Below are positions 35,856-47,570 of a stretch of 64,000 bases of DNA, in pieces. This DNA is from an uncultured Methanosarcinaceae archaeon (GTDB lineage: Archaea; Halobacteriota; Methanosarcinia; Methanosarcinales; Methanosarcinaceae). The stretch's first letter is position 1, and each line of letters begins with the position of its first letter. Below the pieces are notes generated by a model. It saw nothing but the letters and a program-made list of their open reading frames with translations, was not told where the DNA came from and did not search any database. Location: NCBI GenBank assembly GCA_963733675.1, contig CAVTET010000003.1:576001-640000 (forward strand), given 5' to 3'. The translations under genes were made by a program, and so were the position numbers.

Positions 35856-37571
35856 TCAAATTTCAATAAACTTTTCCAATTTTTCGCCTTCATTTACACG
35901 CCTGATAAAATCGGCCCTATCAATATACGGAAGTCCAGCAATAACTGAAGCGGCAACTTTTCTGCTAATTCCAGGTAATTCTTTTACAAGGGCAAAAGAA
36001 GCCATGTTTATAGGCAGAGGATAAGGAATACTAGTAATCGAGCGCATCCCATGCCCGGTGACAATAACGTCAGTAAATCTTCGCAAAGGCAGAGATGCAG
36101 GAATCCCTATCAGTAAAGGATATGAACCAAGCTGTCTCCCAAAAGTAACTCCCTTTTCATGCACTTCACAAATGACGTCTCTGAGCACCGTACCATCTGG
36201 CACAACGCGCCGTAACATAGGAAGGTCAATAGTCTTTCGAACCTTTTCCTTATAGTCCATAAAGAGTTTCTTGTTTATCCTCCCAGCTTTTTCCTTCCTA
36301 TAAATAGGCGTTCCGGGAAAGGCCATAACCTGGCGAATGTTGATCCTACGCAAGAGCATTCCAGAATCGAGCACATTCTTAAGGAAATAATAATTAAGTT
36401 GAAAAGTTTTTTTAGATTCTTCAATCAGCCCGTGCACAAAATTGACACCAGGAAGAATTTCTGGAAGTCCGTTTGCCCCTCTAACTCTTCCATACTTATT
36501 CACAAGTTTAATTGCCTCAAAAACTTCGTCGGAGCTTGCCTTAAGACAGTTTGCTGCAATTACCCGTGGATCGGCACTTTCCATCCCGAATGCAGTCACG
36601 TCCCCTGCGGTATGATATTTAATTATTGTTTTAAGAATCTTCTCCGATTCCTGTGGATAGGTGGCAAGAGTATTAGGATTCGCATTGTCCATATGTAGCA
36701 CTGAAAGATCAGGAGCAGCATTCCGGATCCCCATATAAAGCCTTTCAATTATATCAGGCTCAGGCTTTGGAACAGGCCCTCCAATATCTATCCCATGATA
36801 GGAAAAGAGATCCGATTGACGCCCTATCCTAAAATAACTAGCTCCATGAGCATAAAGAGCTGATACTTCATTGATCACCTCTTCCACATTGCGGTAATCT
36901 GGAGCTCCATAAAAGGGTTCTGTACAGAAAGAGCAGTGAACCTGCCTGTTACAGCCTCTGTAGGTTTCAAGTTCACACATGCAATAAGGGTAATCCGGAT
37001 GCTGCCGGATCAAAAAAGCCCCTTTCGGCCCCCAACGCCCAATTTCAGCTGTTGTCCTGAAGCGGTGCTCAATTACTTCCGGAATTTTCAGACATGATGG
37101 ATAAATCCCACTTCCACTAGATCTTCTTTCAAATAGATCATAAACAAAAGCCTCTATATCTATTCGAGCAATTAAGACGTTTTCAAGGATTAATAAATCT
37201 TCAGTACCTTTTGCAACTTCTCCACCTTCTTTGCTAAATCCTGATCTGATTGGACCGCCGAGTATTTTTATGCCACCTGCAACCCGGAAGATAGCCTCTA
37301 TTTCTTCAAGGGTTATAGGGGAAGCCCGAAGGTATTTTCCGGGCACTGTCATTCCTGCAATAACAATCAAAATTTCTGCTCTTTCTATAAGTCCCCCGAT
37401 ATCAGGAGGATTTTCTCTCAGAGTGTCGATGGTATAGTAATGGATATCTTTTTCATGAAGCCCGCGTTCTCTGAGAGCTCCTGCTATGTAACGTGGATAT
37501 GGGGAAAGGTATGGAGGAACCCCCAGGCAGGAAGGTTCGTCCACATAGCCATCTATAATAAGCGCTTTCAT
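35856..37571 (-). CDS. Radical SAM protein with TRAM-like and C-terminal helix-hairpin-helix regions (COG1031-like)
   Basis: DGYVDEPSCLGVPPY, ETYRGCNRQVHCSFC (Cx5Cx2C), RRINIRQV, FGRQLGSYP and INMAS..LPGI. Confidence 0.85.
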   Translation of the reverse strand: MKALIIDGYVDEPSCLGVPPYLSPYPRYIAGALRERGLHEKDIHYYTIDTLRENPPDIGGLIERAEILIVIAGMTVPGKYLRASPITLEEIEAIFRVAGGIKILGGPIRSGFSKEGGEVAKGTEDLLILENVLIARIDIEAFVYDLFERRSSGSGIYPSCLKIPEVIEHRFRTTAEIGRWGPKGAFLIRQHPDYPYCMCELETYRGCNRQVHCSFCTEPFYGAPDYRNVEEVINEVSALYAHGASYFRIGRQSDLFSYHGIDIGGPVPKPEPDIIERLYMGIRNAAPDLSVLHMDNANPNTLATYPQESEKILKTIIKYHTAGDVTAFGMESADPRVIAANCLKASSDEVFEAIKLVNKYGRVRGANGLPEILPGVNFVHGLIEESKKTFQLNYYFLKNVLDSGMLLRRINIRQVMAFPGTPIYRKEKAGRINKKLFMDYKEKVRKTIDLPMLRRVVPDGTVLRDVICEVHEKGVTFGRQLGSYPLLIGIPASLPLRRFTDVIVTGHGMRSITSIPYPLPINMASFALVKELPGISRKVAASVIAGLPYIDRADFIRRVNEGEKLEKFIEI

Positions 37572-37830
37572 GCAAGTTCTCGTTTACATTTTTTAGAGAT
37601 AGGACTTCAGCAGTTGAACTAAAAAATCAGCATCATTAAACCTTTAATAATCTCAAATTAAATCTGAGCACAACATAAATTTCATTTGATCTCATACCTC
37701 AAGCTAGTAAGTATTGTGACATTTGAAGATGGTAGTATATATCGCAGTTAGATGTTAAATTACAAGTAATTGAAAAAACATAAACTTAGAAACGAAAAAA
37801 AATCCAACAAAAATATCCACGGAAAATAAG

Positions 37831-37903
37831 GGCCGGGACCGAGAATTGAACTCGGATCGTAGCCTCCACAGGGCCACAGGATAACCTCTACCCTACCCCG
37901 GCC
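37831..37903 (-). tRNA. tRNA-His (GUG)
   Basis: GGCCGGGGTAGGGTAGAGGTTATCCTGTGGCCCT-GTG-GAGGCTACGATCCGAGTTCAATTCTCGGTCCCGGCC folds as a cloverleaf; G-1 and C discriminator are present, CCA is not fully encoded. Confidence 0.95.
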
Positions 37904-37953
37904 ACAGGAGCATGGTAATTCAGATTTGAAGCAACCTATAAAAGGAGTTTATT

Positions 37954-37968
37954 TATATAAAGTTTTTG
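37954..37968 (-). promoter_or_regulatory. BRE-TATA promoter of tRNA-His
   Basis: Minus strand CAAAAAC-TTTATATA about 50 bp upstream of the tRNA. Confidence 0.6.
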
Positions 37969-38700
37969 CCGAAAAGGCCTCTGTTACAAAAATACCCTAT
38001 GCTTGTTGATTAAGTGACAATTAATAAGTACTGAAGTAACTATATTGCTTTTAATATTGCTTTATAAATAACACATCTATTGACTTTTTTTCAATATCAT
38101 TACTAAAACATTATTTAAATTAAGTTAAAACTTTATTATTTTTTTACGAGCTTGAGCTAAAATCTGAAAACTAGGAAATAGTAAAAAGTATCGAATCTAA
38201 GTAAGTCTCTGTAAGACTGAAACTTTTGCCGTCAAATGCAGTTTTTTTTCTGTCTGAGTCCAGTATTGTGTGAGAAAAATTACTTTCAAAACATACACAG
38301 TTAGCTGATCGAGTGAAAGGTAGCCTCAAAAAATAGATTTCAAAAATGCAGATTCTCTTAGACTTCATCTTTTAAATGTTCTTATTGAACAAATAAATAT
38401 GTACAAAGAAATCAAATCAGTACTTGAATTAAATTCATTACTGAGTTTTAGAACTATAGAAAAAAACCAATCAATACCATCAATAGTAACTTGATAATTA
38501 TCAAAACGCTTTCATACTTGCTTTATGAATCTTATTTCCTAAGCTTTGAATTTTTTGGTTGTTGAATTTAAGTAAACTTGGAACAATATTAATAAAAAAC
38601 ATATTCATCATATTTTGGCTGATGAGTATAGCATTGTTAATATATAACTACTACCGGTAAGACACTACTTATACTGTAGCAATTTCAATGGGGTGAGACA

Positions 38701-39057
38701 ATGGATTTTGCTTGTAAAGAGTTCCAAGTAGAAGATATAATTAAATGTGCTCTTAATCTAACAAAAGCAGACCTCAAGGTTATGAAATATTTCTTAAAAG
38801 AAACAGACCAGTGGGCTGAAACTTACTTTCTTTCAAAAACTTTGACTCTGGACATATCCACAATCCAGCGTTCCGTAAAAAAATTGCATGAAAAAGAAAT
38901 TTTACAAAGGTCCCAGCAAAATCTGGATGGAGGAGGGTATGTTTTTAGATATAAAATCCATTCTAGAACCAAAATAAAAAATATTATAATGATTGTAGTC
39001 AATTCCTGGGCAGATCGGTTAGGACAGGAACTGGAAAAATGGGGAAATGGAGAATAG
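38701..39057 (+). CDS. Winged-helix transcriptional regulator (TrmB/COG3355-like)
   Basis: IKCALNLT, LSKTLTLDISTIQRSVKKL and GGYVFRY; GGTGA ribosome-binding site. Confidence 0.8.
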   Translation: MDFACKEFQVEDIIKCALNLTKADLKVMKYFLKETDQWAETYFLSKTLTLDISTIQRSVKKLHEKEILQRSQQNLDGGGYVFRYKIHSRTKIKNIIMIVVNSWADRLGQELEKWGNGE

Positions 39058-39330
39058 TTTTTCCTACAAACTATAGCAAACGAAAAAAATCGGCCATATA
39101 GCTCAAAATTTTATTATTGGACAAAAATCGGATTCATGAAATGTAGAACTTCAGAAGCGTCTTTCCTGAAGATGCCATTAAATTCAATTTATTCCACTTT
39201 AGTTATTTGGAAAGAAATATAAATGTCTCCTGAAAAAGATAAACATTCCGAACCTACGAGTATAAATCAAAAAGTTAAACAAAAAAGTATTTCTAAAAGC
39301 TGACATTAGCATGATCAAGTGGACATAGTA

Positions 39331-39421
39331 GAGATTATTCCGATAAACCTCTTATTCTTACTAGTCACCTATATAAAACTTATAAGAATATTATTAAATT
39401 TAGGAGTCTATTGAAATCCTC
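39331..39421. mobile_element. About 90-bp inverted-repeat element
   Basis: TTCCGATAAACCTCT...GGAGTCTATTGAAATCCTC, TA on both flanks; internal similarity to 5115-5202. Confidence 0.7.
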
Positions 39422-39759
39422 TATAAATTATTCACAAATAAACTAAAACTTGCGAGAAAAAGAACATTTCAAAACGAGTACTGAACTATCATCAACACAG
39501 AAAACAGACCTTTCTGGAATTTTCGGTGAATCAATTAACTTTGACAGATTTGAACTTCATTATTACATATTATCCAGAAAATATCTTATAAAGTAAAAAA
39601 TGTCAAAAGAATTAATAATTTACACAATGTAAATACAATTTTAATTCTAAAAATAGAGGTTAGATGTGTACATGAAGTTTTTTCTTGTTGCCTATTGAGA
39701 AAAATTGGAAACTAATAAGAGTAGTGGGAGTCAAATACGGAAAATAATCATTTCATAAA

Positions 39760-39865
39760 TTATTTGAGATAGTTTTATAATGTTGGTACATTCCCCTCGG
39801 ATATTTTGCCTTTTATTCATTATCCATATATTTACATGCTTATTCTGAATTTTTTGCAACAAAGC
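39760..39865 (+). mobile_element. IS6 right-end remnant
   Basis: ATAGTTTTATAATGTTGGTACATT...TTTACATGCTTATTCTGAATTTTTTGCAAC matches the 3' end of the IS6 at about 53720-53819. Confidence 0.7.
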
Positions 39866-39869
39866 TCCC

Positions 39870-41056
39870 TAAGCCACTACGGGACGCTGCTATACAGAAC
39901 TCAATCAATCCTGGACGTTATATCACTGATTATCTTCTCCATTTCATTCCAGGGGGGCTGAAATGCAGTGCTCCACTCTATAGTGAAGGCATACACTTTT
40001 CCCAGCTGGTTTGACGAAATTACGGCTATATACATAATCGTCTCCTGCACCTGATGTGGTATATAGATCGTAGGCCTGCTTTACCTCGTAAGTTCTGCCT
40101 TTTTTTGTTTCTTGTTCCGATACAGGTAAGGGTCCACGATAAGTCTGATTCATGTCACAGGGATCTATCTAGGTGTGCACTAAAGCCAACGGGGTGAAAT
40201 GGTTGGGAAAATCCCATAGAAAATCGTGATTCCTTTTTAGGTCAACTCCGATGCAGTTCGTATTTCCTCCGCTCGGAGCTGGGTTGCGATTGCGACGCCA
40301 GATAGCATTGTTGTTTTGGCTGTAATGCCTGCCATCTGGATTGACATCTGGGAAGACATAGACGTTCAGCCCCTCTACTACGGAACGTATCTGGGTAGCA
40401 TTGAAGGATTTGCCTCCATATGTCAAACCAGTCCCTCCCACGTAAGCTTCAAGGAGATCGGTGGCGAAGTTGATGCAGATATCTGCTCTCTCCCCTCTCA
40501 CGGGCGTGAACAGACCCTGTAAAGAACACCCCATCGCGGTTTGTGGCAGCACATTGTCCGATGCGTATGGCATGAAAGGTACGCTCCTCGACAGTCGTAT
40601 TGGGGAGATTAATAAGTTCACAGATTCCAGGATGAGCAGCGGCAAGAGCAATAAGTGCCGATTCCACTTCATCAACATTTAAATATGTCATTGTTCTCTC
40701 ACTCCATCCTGGCCAGTCCACGCGGTAGCTTCTTTCCAGCCTCAAAACGGTCGGCTTTGCCAATTTCCTGCTGGCGCTGGCGACCTACCTCTGTCGCATT
40801 CTCAACTATCTGTAATGATACCGATGCCCCTCATTTTTTCTGCCTGCAGACTTTGCAGCATATCCTTTGGCACATAGGCATCTATGGTAATTGCTCTGTC
40901 CGGCTGACGCTTTGAGCTCCCACCCAGATAGAGGTGCTTATCTTTCAATAATTCGATGAGGCTTAGTTCATCAGGAGCGCGGATGACAACTGAGAATATT
41001 TTAGAATTGTCTGTTGGTTCAACATCAAGAAGCTTCGAAGTAACAGCGAGATTCAT
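39870..41056 (-). pseudogene. M14 zinc carboxypeptidase, fragmented
   Basis: YLNVDEVESAL, GSVHARE (HxxE), PDVNPDG, WRRNRN, GVDLKRN and LYTTSGAGDDY distributed over several frames. Confidence 0.8.
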
Positions 41057-41927
41057 CCTAATAATGTCCAGCGCGAATCCGTAGTGGATGTGATCAAGCG
41101 TATCATTAGCAGTATAGATATTGGAATTTGAGTTATCAGTTCCCTCGATCGTGATTTCCTAAAGTGCCTAAAATATGACTCTTTTCATATTACTTACGTC
41201 CTTAAGTTGACCGTTTGAGAATAAAATCTATATGGGGAGACCAGACCATTCGATAAAATAACAATATTCAAATTGTTTCATTTTGTTTACTCCACTCTAT
41301 TTTTGAATATCTTTACTTCAAGCTCATGCCATACTAGCGAGTTGATAGCATCATGTGCAATTTTCTTTCCATCCCCTAGTCTTATTTTCAGATCACTGTT
41401 CCATAACTATTATACTTATTTATTATGATCCTTTTCACATTTATATCGATGAGCGTTGCCTATTATTTTGATAAATTGATGATTCTTTAAGTCGTAGGAA
41501 TATACAAATATCTACCGATGAAATTCCAAATAAATGCAAAAAACAACAAGAAAAACATAGGTAATTTAAATTAACGTCTATAGATATAGTTTTAGGCTTC
41601 AATGAAAGTACGCTGAAATAAAATTATAAAAATTTTACCAATACAATTAAGTGAAATATTTTCAGAAACATTATTAAATTATACTCTTCAATAATTCTCA
41701 CATGCTGAAGAAAAGAGACGGCCTGGACGAAAGGTAAACGCCTGGATCTCGAAGGGCTTGTACTCTAAGGTAATGACTTAAAGTACAGGACAAGGACCGA
41801 AGCCATTATCAGTGGATTTGAACTTCTTGTAAAAAGTACAAAGTCAGGGCAAGGGTAGTACAAAAGCGAAATGGTGAAGTACAAGAAAATTCCCAAACAG
41901 AAGATCAACGAGAATCCATTTGAATAA

Positions 41928-43502
41928 TTATATACTCAGTTCTTTCTCAAGTGTTTCAGTAACTGTTTTAAAGATTTTCATCCTGGAATAGCGCTTGTCA
42001 TTTGATTCCACAACAGCCCACTGAGCAGTTATGGTGCTTGTTTTCTGAAGCATCTCATCAACAGCAATTTTATATTCTTTCCATTTGCTTCGATTTCGCC
42101 AGTCTTCATCGGTTATTTTCCATCTTTTTTCAGGATCATTTTGCCTGCTTTTGAAACGTTCTAACTGAGTATCCTCATCAACTTGAAGCCAGAATTTGAG
42201 AATAATAGCTCCTGTCCCTTTAATAATATTTTCAAATTCGTTTATTTCTCTATAAGCACGTTTCCATTTATCTTCGCTGCAAAGCCCATCTACTCTTTCG
42301 ACCAGGATCCTTCCATACCAACTCCTGTAGAAAATTGTTATGTGCCCTGTTTTAGGGATTCCTTCACAGAAGCGCCAAAGGTAATGATGAGCTTTTTCAT
42401 TATCATTTGGTGGTCCTACGGGTACCACCTTGTAGATTCTGGGGTTCAACACTTTAACTATATGGTGTATGTCTTCTCCCTTGCCTGCTGCATCCCAGCC
42501 TTCAAATATTATAACTATGGAACGCTTTTTCCTGAAAAGCTCGTACTGTAAGGTTTCAAGCTTCTGCTGAGAAAGCTTTTTGGACTCTTCGTATTCCTTA
42601 GGGATAATATGTTTTTGACAGGTCGACTTTATCCAAGACAGAGGAACTAAGTTCAGGGAGCTTTGATATTTCTCTATCCAGGTATTCAATTGTCTGCTGC
42701 CCTAGAGTACGGGTCATATTCTCAATATAAGTTTCGATGACCTGAATTGCAGTGGTGATAATCTTAAGGGTTGCAAAGTTTCTGTCATTTGCTCCCACTG
42801 TAGTCCAAGGAGCATAGGGCAGGTCTGTTTTTTCAAGCAGTTTTTCTATAATTGGAAGGCATTCATTATATTTATGAATAAAATCCAGTTCCTTTTCATT
42901 TTTCTTTTCGTATTCATAGAGTATTAGGAGAATACCTTTTTCTTGATTTCCCTGAAACGATCTTCTTGTTCTTTTTCACTTATATGGAGGAAAAACTTTA
43001 GTATAAGGTATCCATCATCTGAAAGCTGGCGTTCGAAACAATTTATTTTTTCCAAGCATTTCACAAGTTTCTCTTTGGATTTTGTTTTCCAGAAATGTTT
43101 CATGATTGCCCGACTGTACCAACTCCGGTCAAAGATTGCAATTTTACCTCTTACCGAGATCAGAGCCCAAAAGTGTAGGAGGAAGGGGTTGAGCGCATAT
43201 TCGTAGCAGTCAAAAGTCATTGTGTGAAAATCATATCCTCTCGGGTCCAAAGGTAACATGAAACGGTTGATTTCTTCTCCCATCCCAGATGCGTGCCAGC
43301 CTTCGAAAACAAAAATGATGGGGATCTTCAATTTCCATGCCTTACGTTGTAGCTCTCCAAGCTTAACCTCAAGTATTTCCATACTTTCTTTATATTCATC
43401 GTTACTTACTGACAATGATAGATCAATATTTTCAAGAATGCTACGACCTCCGCTTACCTGTGAAAATAGTATCGATTTATTCAGGTATTTGATTTTGATC
43501 AT
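41928..43502 (-). pseudogene. ppk2: Two-domain polyphosphate kinase 2 (polyP:AMP phosphotransferase type), two frameshifts
   Basis: FEGWHASG..FDRSWY in domain 1; FEGWDAAGKG..RSWYGR..EDWRNR in domain 2; shifts near 42935 and 42615. Confidence 0.85.
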
Positions 43503-43662
43503 TATTAGGACTTACGCAGTTGAAATGAAAAATCAATAGCGTTAAACCGTTAACTATCAAAAACCCAGTGTAAAAATTTTGGAAAGTCCGGCTACAATTA
43601 TACCAGGAGATAAAATTAGAAGAGAAGGATATTCTACTAAATAGGTCGAGCTCGGATAAGCT

Positions 43663-43740
43663 TTGCACTTAAAGTCCCTTTTGCACCTAAAGTTTGAGAC
43701 TTGCACCTAAAGTCGGACTGAGATGACACTTAAGGTGCAA
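43663..43740. repeat. Three direct plus one inverted 13-bp repeat (TTGCACCTAAAGT)
   Basis: Copies at 43663, 43681 and 43701, inverted copy at 43728-43740. Confidence 0.85.
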
Positions 43741-44449
43741 ACTCGTTGGATGAAAGCGCTATTAAACAATTAGTGACTCTTGAAGTTCTCTTTACCGAAC
43801 AAACTTCGCCAGAATCTCTTTTCTGATTTTATCGACATCCTTGACGATTATTTCAATATTTTCATTTTGTTTCTCTGAAACAACATTCATTTTTCGTTGT
43901 CATATTAAAAGCTTCATACATCGATAATTGTTTTGATTTTATTATGATTCGGAGAAATGGTTCTCTAAATAAAGAGATTCAGAACTATTCTTTTCGGCCA
44001 AAATTATTTGACAGTTTTCAGGATTTTCATTAAAATTATCTCGTATTTGTAGTTTTAAACCCCATAAACTGAAAAAGATGCTTGACATGGAAGTTTTGTT
44101 CCATGTTAGCATTTTTGCTATACACCGTTGTATACATTAGTAAATATTTTTTTATTATCCCTATAATCTGTCTAATTCAATATCAAAAATGTTGATACAA
44201 AATTTTGGAAAATAATTATCAAGAAGAAGATTATCTGGCCATTAATAATTAAAAATTGATCAAAAATTTTTTGAGCCTAATATCACTTCTTCATTCCTTA
44301 AAAATATCAAAATCCCATTTCAACATAAAAATCAAATTTCAAATTGAGTTACAAACTATACCTGGATCTTTGTATAAAAAATATTTCATTTCCTTATTCC
44401 ACAGATGCCATTATAAAGGAGCTGAGGGGAATGATGTTTATTAAAGTTT

Positions 44450-46585
44450 TCAATACTCGACTTTCGTAGATGCTATTTTTTCGGCAAGCTTTGATAGCAC
44501 CTCGGTCCTCATTCCTTCTACAAACTTGATACTGCCAACGACAAGATGACCGCCTCCACTGACACCTGCACCTTTCATTTCTTCTCTAAGTTCCCTGACA
44601 ATTCTTGGAATATTCATAAGAATCCCTTTCGAACGAATGACAGCAAAGTCAGGCCCATATCCTATAGTCACTATAGCTTTATCGGGATTTTTTTTGACAA
44701 GTATATCGTGGACTTCCCCAGAGGTTTTCCCAGGTGGTGGAAAAGTGAATTTTTGTGCATAGTTTTCGACATCAATAACGTTCATGATAGCGCCATTTGC
44801 CAATTTCTGAGACTTAACATTAAAAAGACAAATTTCAAGTTGTTCTTGTATCATGATATTTGCCTGCTCACAAAGGAGAGAGATCAGCTTATTATGGATA
44901 GCGTGATCACCTAGATCTAGGATATCATCGATAAGGCCTTTTCCACTGCTAAATTTCAGCCAAAACTGTTCATAATCCAGCGCTAAAGCCATTTCTTTCA
45001 ATTCTTCAAGAGTGTAGTGGTTTGAAACCAGAGAGATATATCTTGCAGCTTCAGGAGCTTCCGAACGATCTCCAACTGCTGAAACAGCAGGAAGATGTTT
45101 TATTGTATCGCTAACTTTGGGATTGATCATACGAGCAATCTCAGTACAGAGCATACCTGAAGTAACCCCAAAATCCCCTCCTACATGTGCAGGATTTACA
45201 TGTCCTACAATATACTGATCGACTATCTCATCAGGATGATGATGATCAATAACAAGCATATCAATGCCATAAACCCCTGCCTGCCGCATTGAGGGGACAT
45301 CCTCTTCTGTTGACCCGTTGTCCACAAGGATTACAAGCGGCATTTTTTGGCCATGCCTCGCGGAATCTTCAAGTGCAAATGAAATATCCCTTATAACGTC
45401 CGCAAGTTCATAAAAAGGCGCCTTCGAAGGAGCACGCTTGTAGAAATAATATTCTGCGTCTGTTCCACCAATATCAGTAATAAGGGGCAGTATAGCCCTC
45501 TCAATTGCAATTGCCGAGGTAATCCCATCAGCGTCAGCATGATGCCTGAGTATTATGGGCCTTGAATGGAATATAGCTTTCTTAATTTCTTTAGCTACAA
45601 GGAGCATCCTGGGTTTGAGCTTTTCCATAATATCGCTTTTTATAAGGAAAGGAATGTCAGAAGGTGATGCTTTTTCATCAATTACCCTTTCAACTCTTTC
45701 CCTGACAACTGTCTCCTTTTTTCCAGTAAGCAATTTCATACTCATTACTTCTATCTGAATCTGCTCATCCCTCAAAGTTACTTCCCCAGTGATTGAAACA
45801 ATCCTATCTACATCGATGTGTGGATAGGAGCGTTTCCCTGCGCTCTCGAAAGCTGCACACTGGATAAATCCTCCCTCATCGTTAATCGTGAAAATAGTTG
45901 GTCCACTGGTTTGCTTTACCTGGATAACATCTCCTTCTATTCGGATGATCCTACCCTTCATACTTGAGTCTATTTCAGCAGAATTCTTAAGTGGGAGCTC
46001 TTTCTCAATCTCAATTGTTTCATATTTTGTAAGGTTTTTCGGAATTAGGTCGAGTTTTCCTCCGGCTTTGATGCTTTTTACCAGTACAATCACGGGATCC
46101 CCCATTTCAGGTAAGGTTCCTCCAACATTGCTGGAGTGCATAAGCCCCCTTATATGGGGATTAAGATCCACAAAAACTCCAAAAGATGCTTTACTGTTAA
46201 CTATGCCATGGTAAAGTTTTTCTGCTTCCACATCCTTAATATCACAGGAATCATCAAGTGAATAAACATATTTAGAAATGGAGCAGGAATCGCAGATCTC
46301 ATCCTCTGTATCCCGAAGTTCCAAAATACGCACTCCACAAACCTTGCAAGTATATAAATTTCCGAGCCCCTCGCAAGTTTTACATTGTAGGGTTATTTCA
46401 AGATTTCCAGTGCCCTTACATTTTTCACATGTTGCTCCTTCTTTCAGGAAGCTGTCAATATCTTTTTCTGAAAATTTCATGAAATCTACTGATTTTGACT
46501 TGCCTTTTCCCTTACATTGAGGACAGACATCAGTTGAAATAAATTCATAGCCACGCCCATGGCAATCTGGACATTCCTTACTCAT
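44450..46585 (-). CDS. Archaeal RecJ-like DHH nuclease with DnaJ-type Zn finger, S1 and OB domains (COG1107-like)
   Basis: Repeated CxxCxGxG, FGVFVDL, HHADADG, LVDNG, IDHH and GGGH. Confidence 0.9.
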   Translation of the reverse strand: MSKECPDCHGRGYEFISTDVCPQCKGKGKSKSVDFMKFSEKDIDSFLKEGATCEKCKGTGNLEITLQCKTCEGLGNLYTCKVCGVRILELRDTEDEICDSCSISKYVYSLDDSCDIKDVEAEKLYHGIVNSKASFGVFVDLNPHIRGLMHSSNVGGTLPEMGDPVIVLVKSIKAGGKLDLIPKNLTKYETIEIEKELPLKNSAEIDSSMKGRIIRIEGDVIQVKQTSGPTIFTINDEGGFIQCAAFESAGKRSYPHIDVDRIVSITGEVTLRDEQIQIEVMSMKLLTGKKETVVRERVERVIDEKASPSDIPFLIKSDIMEKLKPRMLLVAKEIKKAIFHSRPIILRHHADADGITSAIAIERAILPLITDIGGTDAEYYFYKRAPSKAPFYELADVIRDISFALEDSARHGQKMPLVILVDNGSTEEDVPSMRQAGVYGIDMLVIDHHHPDEIVDQYIVGHVNPAHVGGDFGVTSGMLCTEIARMINPKVSDTIKHLPAVSAVGDRSEAPEAARYISLVSNHYTLEELKEMALALDYEQFWLKFSSGKGLIDDILDLGDHAIHNKLISLLCEQANIMIQEQLEICLFNVKSQKLANGAIMNVIDVENYAQKFTFPPPGKTSGEVHDILVKKNPDKAIVTIGYGPDFAVIRSKGILMNIPRIVRELREEMKGAGVSGGGHLVVGSIKFVEGMRTEVLSKLAEKIASTKVEY

Positions 46586-46977
46586 TAATATCAACACCGT
46601 TGGCTCTCTCGAACCTGCGTTTTCATAATTTATGCTGTTTATTATGGTTCAGAATAAATTTCTGAATTCAACATAATCTATTTCTTTTAATCAGCCTTTA
46701 AGTATAGTGATTCGCTAGGTTACCCTATCCATCCCTAAAAATCAATACATTCCTTTTACTTTCTTTCCTGCCATTCATTTTGTCTATATTTTGTATGTTT
46801 TACATCGATCATTATTTTATAGGCGATAGTCTTTTATAATTTAGTTTTTAGAAGCATCTGTAGGTTTCTGCAACAATTAGGTATCTATTATAACAATATT
46901 ACTGTCCTTTGGTAGCTTTCAAGAACCTGAGAAACTATAGACAATTGAAAATCCTAAACATGTAGTAATTATATAGA

Positions 46978-47066
46978 AAGGATTTAGATTGATCCATTAA
47001 TTTGATCTTATGACTATAAATTGTGTGGCAATGAATCGAGAAAATCAGAGGTTTATCGAAATCCTC
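46978..47066. mobile_element. About 89-bp inverted-repeat element
   Basis: AAGGATTTAGATTGA...CAGAGGTTTATCGAAATCCTC; colinear with 49825-49913. Confidence 0.7.
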
Positions 47067-47380
47067 AATAATTTACAGATTTTTCGTGAGATTACATTAC
47101 ACAAAATTCTTCAAATAAGAAAGCTTACTTTGAATTATTTTTAAGACAATACTTCAGATAAATTGTATTTAGTTCTCAGTATTTCTGAATCAATAATAAT
47201 GCAACAAAGATCATGAATTATGGCTGGCTTCATCATTGAATTATTGTTTCTTGTATTAATAGTTGTATTATTAATACTTCGCAATCTATAAATACTGTAG
47301 ATGGTTATGAGAGGTAATCACTTTCATGGTCTCTGTAAGCTGTTTAAAAAAATTTAAAGAATTGAAGCTTTGTGAATGAA

Positions 47381-47530
47381 ATAGGTAAATTTGAGATGTT
47401 TGTATCATTTCAACTACTAAAAATTGGAGCTTTAAGAGCAAAATCAATAAGAGGTTTCATAAGTAGAAATTAATGTTAAGCGATTTAAACTCTTCAATAC
47501 TCAAATCACCGGATTTTCTCGGAATTCTCT
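47381..47530. repeat. About 150-bp dispersed repeat, copy 2
   Basis: Direct repeat of 3179-3329. Confidence 0.85.
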
Positions 47531-47570
47531 TATATTTACCTTCTCTAAAATAAGGTGTCATAAAGTAGGT

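Noticed and set aside
35856-37571. Radical SAM enzyme as maturase for the small peptides
   Set aside because: It lies 13 kb or more away, has no SPASM or RRE features, and belongs to a broadly conserved family.
37903-37903. Genomically encoded G-1 of tRNA-His
   Set aside because: Common in archaea; not novel.
41700-41900. Possible ribbon-helix-helix gene remnant (VNAWISKGLYSKV..TEAIISGFELL)
   Set aside because: Short, frameshifted and recognised only loosely from memory.
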